From: a candidate division WWE3 bacterium RAAC2_WWE3_1
Lineage (GTDB): Bacteria > Patescibacteriota > WWE3 > UBA101185 > UBA10185
Assembly: GCA_000503835.1 (NCBI GenBank)
Contig: CP006914.1
Location: 157,218-221,217, forward strand
DNA: 64,000 nt
Direction: 5' to 3'
Below are positions 9,968-20,710 of this stretch, piece by piece. A program made the translations under genes and the position numbers. Numbering within the stretch: the first letter of the stretch is position 1; each line of letters starts with the position of its first letter. The notes under the pieces are model-generated. The model had not been told where the DNA came from. It searched no databases and saw nothing but the letters and a program-made list of their open reading frames with translations.

Positions 9968-11079
9968 AAATCGTTATTACGGGAGGACATCATAGCTCGG
10001 CATTACCGGTTATCGACCAGTTCAGGTCGAAATATTCCGGTACGGAAATTTACTGGTTTGGGCACCGTCGTTCTTTGGCTAGCGATAAAAATGACACGCT
10101 GGAGTTTAAAGAAATTACAGCGCTGGGCATTCCTTTTTATAATCTGCAGGCAGGGAAAGTTTATAAAACATTTAATATAGTGCGTCTGCTCAAAGTTCCG
10201 TTCGGATTTATACAGGCTTTCAGGTGGTTGTTAAAAATAAAACCCGACGTTATTCTTTCGTTCGGTGGTTACCTGGCGGTTCCTACAGTAATTTCAGGAT
10301 GGTTTCTGGGTATCCCTTCCATTACTCACGAACAGACGGTTGTAGCGGGATACGCCAACATGCTTCTTTCCAAATTCGTAAAAAAAATATGTATCGGTTG
10401 GAAAGATTCGGAAAAGTTCTTTCCTATCGGAAAAATAATATATTCAGGTGTCCCCCTTAGAAAAGCAATATTTGAAATAGGATCCGATTCGTTCAGTTCT
10501 GCCAACAATCTCCCGACTATATATATAACAGCAGGTAAGACCGGTTCTCATACGATAAACGAAATCGTCAAGGAGGCGCTTCCGGAGCTCTTGTCCGTTT
10601 GTAATGTCATTCACCAGACCGGCGACCATTCCAAATATCATGATTATGAACAGTTGGAGTCGATATATAAAGAAGTCGATAGACTCGCGAACGGCAAATA
10701 CTATTTAAGAAAGTTCTTGCTGGACGAAGAGATCGGGGAAGCTTTCAACAGAGCGAGCTTGGTCGTATCCCGGGCAGGAGCGCACACCGTCACCGAGCTT
10801 TTGGCGCTGGAAAAGCCATGCGTTCTTATCCCAATACCTTGGGTGAGTCACGACGAACAAAAAGAAAATGCTCTAATACTTGAGAAATACGGACTCGCTG
10901 AGATTTTAGAGGAAAAAGATCTGAACGAAGATACCTTTTTTTCCCTGATACAAAAAGTGCTGGGCCACCTCCAGAACTATAAACTTGAGGACAGAGAGGC
11001 CGCGAAACTGGTGAATCTAAATGCCGCAGAAATAATTGCCGATGAAACATTTAAACTTACACAAAGAAACAACAAGTAG
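9964..11079 (+). CDS. murG: UDP-GlcNAc:lipid I N-acetylglucosaminyltransferase
   Basis: N-terminal ITGGHHSSALPV and C-terminal GAHTVTELLALEKPCVLIP...HDEQKENA (GT28 fold). Confidence 0.9.
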   Translation: MKIVITGGHHSSALPVIDQFRSKYSGTEIYWFGHRRSLASDKNDTLEFKEITALGIPFYNLQAGKVYKTFNIVRLLKVPFGFIQAFRWLLKIKPDVILSFGGYLAVPTVISGWFLGIPSITHEQTVVAGYANMLLSKFVKKICIGWKDSEKFFPIGKIIYSGVPLRKAIFEIGSDSFSSANNLPTIYITAGKTGSHTINEIVKEALPELLSVCNVIHQTGDHSKYHDYEQLESIYKEVDRLANGKYYLRKFLLDEEIGEAFNRASLVVSRAGAHTVTELLALEKPCVLIPIPWVSHDEQKENALILEKYGLAEILEEKDLNEDTFFSLIQKVLGHLQNYKLEDREAAKLVNLNAAEIIADETFKLTQRNNK

Positions 11080-11893
11080 ACATACACGTCCGGTACAGAC
11101 CAGCGGAAATCAAATTCTACTTAATAAAATAAGGAATCGGCGCAGAGGGATAAGGAACCCGCGTGTAATTGCGAGAAAGTATAGAATTTTCTTTAAAATT
11201 GGGGTCGTTTTGCTGGTCTTGGGATCTTTAGGTTACCTTTCCTACAAATATATCTATCTCAGCCCGAAGTTTTCTGTTAAGACCGTTTCCGTGGTGGGCG
11301 GGGGAAAGTTTGTTAATCTTCAGGACTTTAGAACTATTTCGGAACAGAAAACATTAGGACAAAGTATTTTTTCGGTCGATCCAAAGGAGCTGGAGAAGTC
11401 GCTTAAATCCAATTTCCTGGGTGCGAAAAATGTGGAAATGTCTTTGGACTATCCGGATAATCTGGTAATCAAGGTAGAGGAAAGATTACCTGTTGCTGTA
11501 GTAACCTCGGGAAAAAAGGACGCTGTACACTATTTGATAGATAACGAGGGGTATATTTTGGGCGAGGTGTCGGAAGAATTTATGAACCTTCCGAAGATAA
11601 TTTATGAAGGTGATATGAAAGTGGGTTCGTTCCTGGACGATAGAGTTGTTCCTGTAAGCATTGAAATACTTTCGGAAATAGAGAAAGCCGGTCTGAATGT
11701 GAGCAGTATCAGCTTTCGTGAGAGGTACTCAAAGCTGTACCTGGGCGCTACCGAGGTATATCTGAGCAACATGAAGGGCGTCGGGGAGTCTGTCCGAAAA
11801 CTCGAAAGACTGTATAAAAACCTGCTTCTTGAGGGAAAATCGGTAATAAAAATTGATTTACGATATGATAAAGTAATAGTATTATATGAGTAG
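11036..11893 (+). CDS. ftsQ: Cell division protein FtsQ/DivIB (POTRA)
   Basis: Basic cytoplasmic tail, single TM (IGVVLLVLGSLGYL), then a POTRA-like domain. Position between murG and ftsA supports the call. The true start may be slightly downstream. Confidence 0.7.
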   Translation: MPMKHLNLHKETTSRHTRPVQTSGNQILLNKIRNRRRGIRNPRVIARKYRIFFKIGVVLLVLGSLGYLSYKYIYLSPKFSVKTVSVVGGGKFVNLQDFRTISEQKTLGQSIFSVDPKELEKSLKSNFLGAKNVEMSLDYPDNLVIKVEERLPVAVVTSGKKDAVHYLIDNEGYILGEVSEEFMNLPKIIYEGDMKVGSFLDDRVVPVSIEILSEIEKAGLNVSSISFRERYSKLYLGATEVYLSNMKGVGESVRKLERLYKNLLLEGKSVIKIDLRYDKVIVLYE

Positions 11894-11907
11894 CTTTTAA
11901 CCACATT

Positions 11908-13164
11908 ATGCCCAAAGAAAAGATAATAACAGGAATAGACGTAGGTTCAACCAAAGTAGGTACGACTATAGCTTCGGTGTCCGAATCAAGAATTTCGGTA
12001 ATAGGTGTTTCCGGGGAAGTTCCATCTAAAGGCGTAAATAAAGGAAATGTGGTAGATATCGACAGCGCCGTCGAGGCGATAGCAGCCAGCATTGAAAAGG
12101 CGGAACGCATGGCCGGAGTTTCTGTTTCCAGCGCTTTTGTCACCATAAACGGCAGTCACGTTGAGACATTGAATTCTCACGGAGTTGTGGCAGTTTCCCC
12201 CAATCAGACGGATGAGATAAGCAAAGAAGATGTTTCCCGCGTCATAGAGGCCGCTCAGGCAGTGTCACTTCCTTCTACGCGCCAGGTTATTCACGTAATT
12301 CCCCGCGATTTTTCAATCGATTCCCAGGAAGGCATTAAAGACCCTGTCGGTATGTCGGGGGTACGTTTAGAAGTGGAAACCAACATAATACACGGTGCTT
12401 CAATTGCTTTGAGGAATATCGCGAGATGCGTAAATCAGGTGGGGGTGAACGTGGATGAGATGGTCTACGCCGGGCTTGCATCCGCCGAAGCTGTCCTGAC
12501 CGATACCGAAAAAGAACTCGGAACTTTACTGGTCGATATAGGCGGAGGGACTACATCAATGATTGCTTTCCTGGATGGCAGTCCGGTTCATTCCGCAGTT
12601 TTGCCGATCGGAGGAAAATTGATAACCAGCGATTTGGCGATAGGGCTAAGGTCGCGCCTGGAGGATGCGGAAAGAATAAAAATAAGGCTGAGCAATGAAG
12701 CTGTTCTCGCAAAAAATACCGATACCGTGAGGAAGGACGAGGACTTTGATGTTTCAGAGTTCGGGCTGGAAATAGACAGGTTGCCCCGCCAGATGCTTTA
12801 TAAAATATTAGACGCGCGCCTTGAAGAAATTTTCCGTCTCATTGCGCTGGAAGTAACAAAAGTTAATTTAAACGGCAAACTTCCTGCAGGAGTTGTTGTC
12901 ACGGGCGGCGGAGCTCTTACTGCCAATGTTGAGAGAAGCGCAAAAGTGAATTTGAAAATGCCCGTACGTCTGGGAATTCCCAGAGGGGTTACCGGATTAA
13001 TTGATGAAATTCAGGGTCCCTCATCTGCCGCGGGTGTCGGCGCTGTGCTTTACGGTGTAAAGCTTTTCAGAGGCAGTCAGCTGTTGTCATTTGATGACAG
13101 ACGGGGTAATATGAATAAAAGCTTTTCGAAGTTTGTTGACAAATTAAAATCTTTCCTGCCCTAA
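11908..13164 (+). CDS. ftsA: Cell division protein FtsA
   Basis: Actin-fold phosphate-1 motif ITGIDVGSTKVG, DIGGGTT, and GVVVTGGGAL. Confidence 0.9.
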   Translation: MPKEKIITGIDVGSTKVGTTIASVSESRISVIGVSGEVPSKGVNKGNVVDIDSAVEAIAASIEKAERMAGVSVSSAFVTINGSHVETLNSHGVVAVSPNQTDEISKEDVSRVIEAAQAVSLPSTRQVIHVIPRDFSIDSQEGIKDPVGMSGVRLEVETNIIHGASIALRNIARCVNQVGVNVDEMVYAGLASAEAVLTDTEKELGTLLVDIGGGTTSMIAFLDGSPVHSAVLPIGGKLITSDLAIGLRSRLEDAERIKIRLSNEAVLAKNTDTVRKDEDFDVSEFGLEIDRLPRQMLYKILDARLEEIFRLIALEVTKVNLNGKLPAGVVVTGGGALTANVERSAKVNLKMPVRLGIPRGVTGLIDEIQGPSSAAGVGAVLYGVKLFRGSQLLSFDDRRGNMNKSFSKFVDKLKSFLP

Positions 13165-13204
13165 AAAATTTAAATACCAAAAATAAATTTGGTATAGTGT
13201 TGCA

Positions 13205-14392
13205 ATGCAAGTTAAACCTGAGATAGAACGCTTTGCAAAAATTCGCGTTGTCGGAGTCGGAGGTGCCGGCGGTAATGTAATAAACTCCATGATCGATTCA
13301 AATCAGATCAGAGGTGTAGAATTTATCGCAATAAACACCGACGCTCAGGATCTCTCCATAAATAAAGCAGTAATAAAAATACCCATCGGTCAGGAACTTA
13401 CCCAGGGATTGGGTGCGGGTTCAAATCCCGAAATAGGCAAAAAAGCGGCTGAGGAATCCATAGATGTGATAAAAAGCAATCTCGAAGGAGCAAACATGGT
13501 GTTCATTACAGCCGGTCTTGGCGGTGGAACGGGCACGGGAGCCTCTCCTACAGTTGCAAGAATCGCCAAAGAGTCGGGCGCCCTTACTATTGGTGTAGTT
13601 ACTAAACCGTTCAATTTTGAGGGAATACAGAGAATGAGGGCCGCTGACAGAGGAATGATGGAGCTCAGAAAAGAAGTTGACGCATTAATCACCATACCCA
13701 ATCAAAAATTATTAGAAGTGGCCGACGAAGACATGTCTATTATCGAGGCATTCAGGTTGTCGGACAGTGTCCTGAACCAGGGTGTCCAGGGAATCTCGGA
13801 TCTCATCGTTATGCCGGGGTTAATCAATGTGGATTTCGCAGACGTAAAAACAATTATGAAGGACGCCGGAACTGCATTGATGGGAATAGGTATCGGCACG
13901 GGAGAGAACAGAGCGGAGGTAGCGGCTAAAGCTGCGGTATCGTCACCTTTGCTGGAACAATCGGTCGAGGGGGCTAAAGGCATACTATTTAACATCTCGG
14001 GCGGCCCTGACCTTACAATGAGAGAAGTGGATAGGGCGGCAAATATTATCAGAGGGATAGCCAGTGAGGAAGCAGATATAATATTCGGAACATCTATCGA
14101 CGATGAACTGACTGGACAGTTAAAGATAACGGTCATCGCAACAGGATTTGAAGTTCCGGAGGAAGATGATTCGATGGCCGGGTACGTCGAGAAACACTAT
14201 GGCCAGATCGCGAAAAAAGATAAACCCGAAATACCCTTTCAACAAAATGTTCATCGCGAACCAAAGACGGAAACTCCGCCTGAGGAGAAGAAACAGCCGA
14301 AACTTCCCTCCGAGATGTGGAAGCCCGAAGATGCTGAAGACGAAGACTACGGCACGGGTTTCGATATCCCTACTTTTTTGAGGCAGAAATAA
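13205..14392 (+). CDS. ftsZ: Cell division GTPase FtsZ
   Basis: Tubulin signature GVGGAGGNVIN, GGGTGTGASP, and NVDFADV (T7 loop). Confidence 0.95.
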   Translation: MQVKPEIERFAKIRVVGVGGAGGNVINSMIDSNQIRGVEFIAINTDAQDLSINKAVIKIPIGQELTQGLGAGSNPEIGKKAAEESIDVIKSNLEGANMVFITAGLGGGTGTGASPTVARIAKESGALTIGVVTKPFNFEGIQRMRAADRGMMELRKEVDALITIPNQKLLEVADEDMSIIEAFRLSDSVLNQGVQGISDLIVMPGLINVDFADVKTIMKDAGTALMGIGIGTGENRAEVAAKAAVSSPLLEQSVEGAKGILFNISGGPDLTMREVDRAANIIRGIASEEADIIFGTSIDDELTGQLKITVIATGFEVPEEDDSMAGYVEKHYGQIAKKDKPEIPFQQNVHREPKTETPPEEKKQPKLPSEMWKPEDAEDEDYGTGFDIPTFLRQK

Positions 14393-14594
14393 CGCGGCTA
14401 CAACAAACTGAAAGGTTGTCACTGCGTCAGACCGCCGTATTATTAAGATATTACAACGCACGTTTCCTTGTATCCGGACCGATTTTTTGATTTGATTTAA
14501 CTACGTTGTATTTATTTGAATAGGCTTCTCGTGTTTCGGCAATTTTTGGTCAAGGCAGTGAGAGATTGCCGGCTCGTGAGATAAAAATAAACTT

Positions 14595-17108
14595 ATGAGT
14601 AGTTTTCTCTATCGTGAGGATGAGTCGGTTTTTTCCAAGAACACGTCTATAGATTTTTCAGATAACGCAAGAAAGATTCTGGAGAAGAGATATCTTCGAA
14701 GGGATGACGCCGGTAATGTTTCGGAAACCCCCGAGCGGATGTTCGAGCGTATCGCAGACGTTATGGCTGCTCCGGATAGACCTTATACTGACTCTGAAAG
14801 GTCACGCACGGAATTTTATAATTTACTATCTTCGAAAAAATTCTTTCCGAATTCTCCAACTTTTACAGGAGCAGGAACTCCCCTTGGCCAGCTGGCCGCC
14901 TGTTTTGTATTACCTATATCGGACGATCTCGGTAAAGAAAAGGACGGAATTTTTTCCACACTTCGTGTTGCGTCCTTGATACAGCAGAGCGGGGGAGGAA
15001 ACGGATTTTCTTTTTCACGCTTAAGACCCAAGGGTTCAAGGGTCGCTGCAAGTAACGGAATTGCCACAGGACCGGTAGGTTTTTTAAAAGTATACGACGC
15101 GGCATTTGGTGAAATTGCTCAGGGTGGTGTCAGACGCGGTGCGAACATGGGAGTTTTGCGCATCGACCATCCGGATATAAGAGAATTCATTGAATGTAAA
15201 TCGAAAGAAGGAAGCGTCGCAAATTTCAATTTGTCTGTCGCAATCACAGATAAATTCATGGAGGCCGTAAAGAACGATACTGCCTACGATCTGATAGACC
15301 CCCACACATTAAAAGTTACTGAATCGCCGAAAGCTCGGGAAATATTCGACATGATCGTGGATTTTGCGCACAGAAACGGTGAACCCGGAGTTCTGTTCAT
15401 CGATACCGCAAACAAAGAAAATCCGGTGCCGCATCTGTATCAGCTGGAAGCCACAAACCCGTGCGGAGAACAGTGGTTGGGACCCTACGAGAACTGTTGT
15501 CTGGGTTCGATAAATCTGGCCGAGCATTTATCTATCGACGGAAAGCTGGATTGGGAAGAATTAAGAAAAAGTGTGGTTTCAGCAACGCGTTTTTTAGACA
15601 ATGTCGTAGAAGCCAACAGATATATTCCTGCGGTCCCTGAAATAAAGGAAGCGGCGATGGATGTCAGAAGGATCGGGTTAGGTTTTATGGCTTTAGCGGA
15701 CGCCATGTATTCCATGGGAATAAGGTATGGAAGTGAGGAAGGCCAGGAATTTGCAGCCCAGGTGTCGGAATTTATCAGATACTTTTCTATGAAAACATCG
15801 ATAGAACTGGCCAGAGAGAGGGGCCCTTTCAGAAAGATACACGGTAGTATCTACGACCCGGAAAATCTAAAATGGACACCGCCTAAGCCGATTAAAGAAT
15901 ACAAAAGGAATTTCGGCAGACCGTGGCTGGACTGGCAGTCTGTTGTAGAGGGCATAAAGACTTATGGCATCAGGAACGGTGCTCAGGCAACTATTGCCCC
16001 CACAGGAACGATTTCAACGGTCGCAGGTGTGGAGGGCTACGGATGCGAACCGGTCTTTGCCCTCGCATATTACAGAAATGTTTATCAGGCAGCCGGTAGT
16101 GAGGGAAAAATGACACTTGCGTATGTGAGCCCATTTTTCAAGAAGGCTCTAGACAGTCTGAATTTGTCGGAAGAAACCGGAAAATCCATAATCGAAAAAG
16201 TAATCGAGACCGGGACCTGCAAGAACATACTCGAACTGCCCGAAAACGTAAGAAATACATTTGTTGTTTCCGCTGAAGTTACGCCTGAAGAACACATTAT
16301 GACGCAGGCAGCTATTCAGGCTTTTGTTGACAACTCTATATCCAAGACCTGCAATTTTCCGGAAGGAGCGACCGAGGAGGATGTGGCCAAGGTTTACATG
16401 ATGGGATGGGAAACAGGATGCAAGGGTTTGACCGTGTACGTTACGGGAAGCAGACAGGAAGTTGTATTGGAAACAAAATCTACAAAAGACCAAAAGGAAG
16501 GCAAGGAGGTGGCCGAACCCGTTAATAAGGAGATACTTTTGACGGAAAAGGAAAGATCATCCGATGAAGTAACTATAAGACGCGGGTATAAATTGAGCGG
16601 GTCCACATATAAGATGATAACTCCCCAGGGCAAGGCGTTTATAACAATAAACAAAAACACCGATGGCAGACCGCTGGAGGTGTTCCTAAATGTGGGAAAG
16701 GCCGGGAGCGATGTGGCGGCTCTGGCCGAAGGTCTGGGAAGGCTGTTGTCCGGCTGGCTCCGGATGCCTCAGTACAGCCTTGAGGTAGTAAGGGAGATAA
16801 TCGTTCAACTGGCGGGAATCGGCGGCTCAAAGTCCATAGGTTTCGGCAAAAACAGGGTAAGTTCTTTACCGGACGCCGTGGCCAAGGTATTGGCCGAAGA
16901 ATTCGGCTTTACTGTAAAAGAAAACGGATTAAAAAACTCCGAGGAGAATCCGGAGTCAACGGAAGTAACGGAGACGAGGGGAGAGGAAAAACCCGCACTC
17001 CCCCACTCTTTTTCCAACACCGACATGTGTCCCGAATGCGGGAATTACACTCTTGTGCTGGAGGAGGGGTGCGCGAAGTGCTACCAGTGCGGATTTAGCA
17101 GGTGTTAG
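14595..17108 (+). CDS. nrdJ: Ribonucleoside-diphosphate/triphosphate reductase, class II (adenosylcobalamin-dependent)
   Basis: 837 aa with an RNR 10-strand barrel region and active-site region NPCGEQ. C-terminal Cys4 zinc ribbon CPECGN...CAKCYQC. Confidence 0.88.
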   Translation: MSSFLYREDESVFSKNTSIDFSDNARKILEKRYLRRDDAGNVSETPERMFERIADVMAAPDRPYTDSERSRTEFYNLLSSKKFFPNSPTFTGAGTPLGQLAACFVLPISDDLGKEKDGIFSTLRVASLIQQSGGGNGFSFSRLRPKGSRVAASNGIATGPVGFLKVYDAAFGEIAQGGVRRGANMGVLRIDHPDIREFIECKSKEGSVANFNLSVAITDKFMEAVKNDTAYDLIDPHTLKVTESPKAREIFDMIVDFAHRNGEPGVLFIDTANKENPVPHLYQLEATNPCGEQWLGPYENCCLGSINLAEHLSIDGKLDWEELRKSVVSATRFLDNVVEANRYIPAVPEIKEAAMDVRRIGLGFMALADAMYSMGIRYGSEEGQEFAAQVSEFIRYFSMKTSIELARERGPFRKIHGSIYDPENLKWTPPKPIKEYKRNFGRPWLDWQSVVEGIKTYGIRNGAQATIAPTGTISTVAGVEGYGCEPVFALAYYRNVYQAAGSEGKMTLAYVSPFFKKALDSLNLSEETGKSIIEKVIETGTCKNILELPENVRNTFVVSAEVTPEEHIMTQAAIQAFVDNSISKTCNFPEGATEEDVAKVYMMGWETGCKGLTVYVTGSRQEVVLETKSTKDQKEGKEVAEPVNKEILLTEKERSSDEVTIRRGYKLSGSTYKMITPQGKAFITINKNTDGRPLEVFLNVGKAGSDVAALAEGLGRLLSGWLRMPQYSLEVVREIIVQLAGIGGSKSIGFGKNRVSSLPDAVAKVLAEEFGFTVKENGLKNSEENPESTEVTETRGEEKPALPHSFSNTDMCPECGNYTLVLEEGCAKCYQCGFSRC

Positions 17109-17123
17109 TGGTATCATCTTCTT

Positions 17124-17663
17124 ATGAAAGTTTATACAAAAGAAGGCGATTCCGGAACCTCTGCTTTGTTTGGTTCAACAAAACGCATGCCTAAATCAAG
17201 TACCGTGTTTGAGATCCTGGGTCTTGCCGACGAAGTAAATGCTACGCTGGGGTGTGCTTTGGCGTTTCTCAAAAGACCTTCTGAAACAGCACTTTTGACG
17301 TCGATTCAGGAAGATATATTTCTCATAGGTGCCTATATTGCCGGGCTGAAGTTCTCCTCCGCGGATAAGGCTGTATGGACGAAAAGAGTAACTGATCTGG
17401 AGGACAGAATAGATGCATACTCGGCAAAACTACCCATCCTGAAGGTTTTTATACTTCCGGGGGGCTCTGAGGCTTCTTCCCACATACATCTGGCGCGGGT
17501 GAAAGTAAGGGCATTAGAAAGAGATTTGGTGTCCTATAGCAGAAAAAAGTCGCTAAAATTCCTTTTGCCCTATATAAACCGACTTTCTGACCTATTGTTC
17601 GTTTTGGCACGTTATGTGAATATGGAACTTGGTAAGAAAGAAGAAATTTGGAAGAAAAAATAA
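17124..17663 (+). CDS. ATP:cob(I)alamin adenosyltransferase, PduO/MMAB type
   Basis: N-terminal KVYTKEGDSGTSALFGSTKRMPK...ILGLADEVNATLG matches the PduO-type signature (xIYTxxGDxGxT..G.R..K ... G..DE.N). Confidence 0.8.
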   Translation: MKVYTKEGDSGTSALFGSTKRMPKSSTVFEILGLADEVNATLGCALAFLKRPSETALLTSIQEDIFLIGAYIAGLKFSSADKAVWTKRVTDLEDRIDAYSAKLPILKVFILPGGSEASSHIHLARVKVRALERDLVSYSRKKSLKFLLPYINRLSDLLFVLARYVNMELGKKEEIWKKK

Positions 17664-17800
17664 TGAATAAGACCTACATATTTTTACTTATCATGCTAGT
17701 ACTTGTAATGACGGCTTTGGTCGGACTTTTAGTTTATAGGGCGCACGAAAACGATATATTTTTTTCGGGACAAGAATCTTTAGAAGTGATCAAAATCTGA
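17663..17800 (+). CDS. Possible 45-aa hydrophobic leader/mini-membrane peptide upstream of ileS
   Basis: ATG at 17663 overlaps the stop of the upstream gene. Encodes MNKTYIFLLIMLVLVMTALVGLLVYRAHEN..., below the ORF-track size cutoff. Confidence 0.2.
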   Translation: MNKTYIFLLIMLVLVMTALVGLLVYRAHENDIFFSGQESLEVIKI

Positions 17801-17817
17801 TAAAATTCTTTTGCTTT

Positions 17818-20691
17818 ATGGATAAAAAAGAGAACCCAAGTCAAAACATATCAATACCCCGGATGGAAGAAGATATCCTCCAGTACTGGCTGCAGAATAA
17901 GATTTTCGAAAAATCGGTAGAAAAGAATCCCAAAGAAAATCTATATGTGTTTTACGACGGACCTCCTTTCATCTCCGGTCTTCCGCATTATGGCCATCTC
18001 CTTGGTTCTATAGCCAAAGACATTGTACCCAGATACTGGACGATGAAAGGCAAAAGAGTAGAAAGGGTATGGGGTTGGGACGCTCACGGGTTGACTGTAG
18101 AAAATAAAGTACAGAAAAAGTTCGGGATTAAGAACAGACGTGACATCGAAAAATTCGGTTTGGAAAGATTTACGCAGGAATGTTATAACTACACACGCGA
18201 AACTTCGGCAGAGTGGGAGTGGTACGTAAATAAAATAGGAAGATGGGTTGATATCAAAAACGCATACCGAACGACAGATAAAAGTTATATGGAGACCGTA
18301 ATGTGGACCTTCAAGCAACTTTATGATGGAGGTTTGGTTTACGAAGGTATCCGCACATCTTTATACTGCACTAAATGCGGGACTCCGGTTTCGAATTTTG
18401 AAATAGCAATGGACAACTCGTACAAAGATGTCGAGGATCCCGCCATTACGGTTAAGTTTAAAATTATTACCGAAGGTCAGTTTAAGGACGCGTTCGCCCT
18501 GGCATGGACTACAACTCCCTGGACTATTCCCTCAAACCGCGCTTTGGTCGTAGATAAAGATGCGGATTACACACTTGTAGAAAGCAGCGGTACCCGCTAC
18601 ATTACTGCGGAAGCGCGCAATGACGGCGTTTTTTCAGACCGGGAATTTAAAGTAGTTAAAAAGATAAAAGGAAGTGAATTGATAGGTTTAAAATATGAAC
18701 CTCCGTTCAGATTTTATTCATCAAAAGAGGGTGAGTTCGAAATATATCATTATGACGGAATGGTGAGTATGGAAGAAGGTACCGGTATTGTTCACAGCGC
18801 GCCCGGTTTCGGAGAGATCGATTCGGAGATGGGGAAACACTTCGGTCTCACACTCATGCTGACAATAGACGATGAAGGTAAGTTTTTACCCGGAACTGAA
18901 AAAGAAAATCCTTACACGGGAGTTTTTTATAAGGACGCCGACGAGCCGCTAATACAAGACATGCTCACTGCCGGTCTTTTGTTTAAGAATGAAAAAATAG
19001 TCCACAGATTTCCTTACCACGACAGATGCGACACGCTTTTGATACAAAGAGCCCAACAGAGCTGGTTTATCGATGTGAGTTCATTAAAACCCAGAATGGC
19101 CGAGCTTAATGAGAAAATAAATTGGGTTCCTGAGCATCTGAAACACGGCAGATTCGGACAAAATATTCAGCAGCAGCCCGATTGGTGCATTTCCAGAAAC
19201 AGATATTGGGCGACACCCATGCCGGTCTGGGAAGCCGCAGACGGGGATAGAATTGTTGTTTCCTCGGTAAAAGAAATAGAAGAGCTGTCGGGTCAAAAAG
19301 TAGAAGACTTGCACCGTCCCTATATCGACAAGATAGTAATTAAAAAGAACGGCAAGGAATACAAACGCCGGCTGGAGGTTCTTGATTCCTGGCTCGAAGC
19401 CGGGTCAATGCCTTGGGCGCAAATACATTACCCCTTTGAGAACAAAGAAAAATTCGAGACCAACTATCCGGGTGACTATATCGTTGAGTACATCGCCCAG
19501 GTCAGAGCGTGGTTCAACGTAATGCACATACTTGCTACGGCGGTGTTCGACTCCAATTCTTTTAAAAATGTTATATCTACAGGCGTAATGGCCGGATCCG
19601 ACGGAAGAAAAATGAGCAAGACGTTTAACAATTACGCAGACCCCCGTCAGGTACTTCAGGATTATGGAGGAGACGCGCTCAGACTCTACTTAATGGGATC
19701 ACCTCTTATGGTTGGGGATAACGCGAACTTCGAAGAGTCGGAGTTAAGGACAAAACTTCGTAATGTTCTGAACCCTCTCTGGAATTCTTTGAAATACTTT
19801 CAGATGTACGCAGAGGTTTTTAAGTGGAACAAGTCGGAAATTACGAGGCCGGAGCATATTTTAGATATCTGGATAACTGCAAGACTGCACGAAGTAATCA
19901 GGACGGTCTCTACAGGTATTGAAGAGTATCGTGTTCCTGTTGCAGTAAGAGCTGTGGAAGAATTTATTGACGACCTTTCCAGATGGTACGTGAGAAGGTC
20001 GCGCGATAGGATATCCGCCGGAGATAAAAGTGCATTAAGTACTTTATATAAGGTTCTGCTTGGGTTTTCTAAGGCATCCGCTCCCGTTATTCCTTTTATG
20101 TCCGAAAATATTTATCAGATGCTTCGGGTATTTTCGGCAGGAGACACCGAAGAATCGGTTCACCTCGAAAATTTTCCCGGATACGACAGCGATTTTATAT
20201 TGTCAAACCAACGTTTACTGGAGGATATGAAAAGGGTCAGGGAGCTGGTTTCATACGGACTTTCGATAAGAAGCGATAGGAAAATTTCAGTACGCCAGCC
20301 GTTGGCCTCCGCCGTAGTTTCCGGAATAGAAACGCTGCCGCATGAACTTTCCGCACTTGTGCAGGACGAGCTTAACGTTAAGGATATTCAGTACGTTACA
20401 GAAGTGCCGGCGTCTTACGCTCCGGTGTCCTTCAACAATATTAATATAGGACTGGATATAAATATTACGGATGAGTTGAAATACGAAGGCTTGTCCAGAG
20501 ATTTTATAAGAAAAATACAGGAGATGAGAAAAGAAGCCGGGTTAAAGGTAGGCGAAGTCATTGAAATTACTTATCCTTCCGATTCGGACACACTGAAAGT
20601 TATCGAATTATACGGTGCCGAGATATCCAAAAAGATTCAAGCTTCAAATCTTATAGCCGGAGCGGATTTTACGGTCCGAAAAGTTAGCTAA
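17818..20691 (+). CDS. ileS: Isoleucyl-tRNA synthetase (type 2, archaeal/eukaryotic-like)
   Basis: Class I HIGH-type motif PPFISGLPHYGHLL, KMSKT at RKMSKTF, editing (CP1) domain. 957 aa. Confidence 0.9.
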   Translation: MDKKENPSQNISIPRMEEDILQYWLQNKIFEKSVEKNPKENLYVFYDGPPFISGLPHYGHLLGSIAKDIVPRYWTMKGKRVERVWGWDAHGLTVENKVQKKFGIKNRRDIEKFGLERFTQECYNYTRETSAEWEWYVNKIGRWVDIKNAYRTTDKSYMETVMWTFKQLYDGGLVYEGIRTSLYCTKCGTPVSNFEIAMDNSYKDVEDPAITVKFKIITEGQFKDAFALAWTTTPWTIPSNRALVVDKDADYTLVESSGTRYITAEARNDGVFSDREFKVVKKIKGSELIGLKYEPPFRFYSSKEGEFEIYHYDGMVSMEEGTGIVHSAPGFGEIDSEMGKHFGLTLMLTIDDEGKFLPGTEKENPYTGVFYKDADEPLIQDMLTAGLLFKNEKIVHRFPYHDRCDTLLIQRAQQSWFIDVSSLKPRMAELNEKINWVPEHLKHGRFGQNIQQQPDWCISRNRYWATPMPVWEAADGDRIVVSSVKEIEELSGQKVEDLHRPYIDKIVIKKNGKEYKRRLEVLDSWLEAGSMPWAQIHYPFENKEKFETNYPGDYIVEYIAQVRAWFNVMHILATAVFDSNSFKNVISTGVMAGSDGRKMSKTFNNYADPRQVLQDYGGDALRLYLMGSPLMVGDNANFEESELRTKLRNVLNPLWNSLKYFQMYAEVFKWNKSEITRPEHILDIWITARLHEVIRTVSTGIEEYRVPVAVRAVEEFIDDLSRWYVRRSRDRISAGDKSALSTLYKVLLGFSKASAPVIPFMSENIYQMLRVFSAGDTEESVHLENFPGYDSDFILSNQRLLEDMKRVRELVSYGLSIRSDRKISVRQPLASAVVSGIETLPHELSALVQDELNVKDIQYVTEVPASYAPVSFNNINIGLDINITDELKYEGLSRDFIRKIQEMRKEAGLKVGEVIEITYPSDSDTLKVIELYGAEISKKIQASNLIAGADFTVRKVS

Positions 20692-20710
20692 TTGTGTTAT
20701 AGTTATAGTT

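Noticed and set aside
14393-14594. Cobalamin riboswitch or NrdR box upstream of nrdJ
   Set aside because: Neither the B12-box consensus nor a NrdR palindrome could be recognised by eye. Only a generic hairpin is present.
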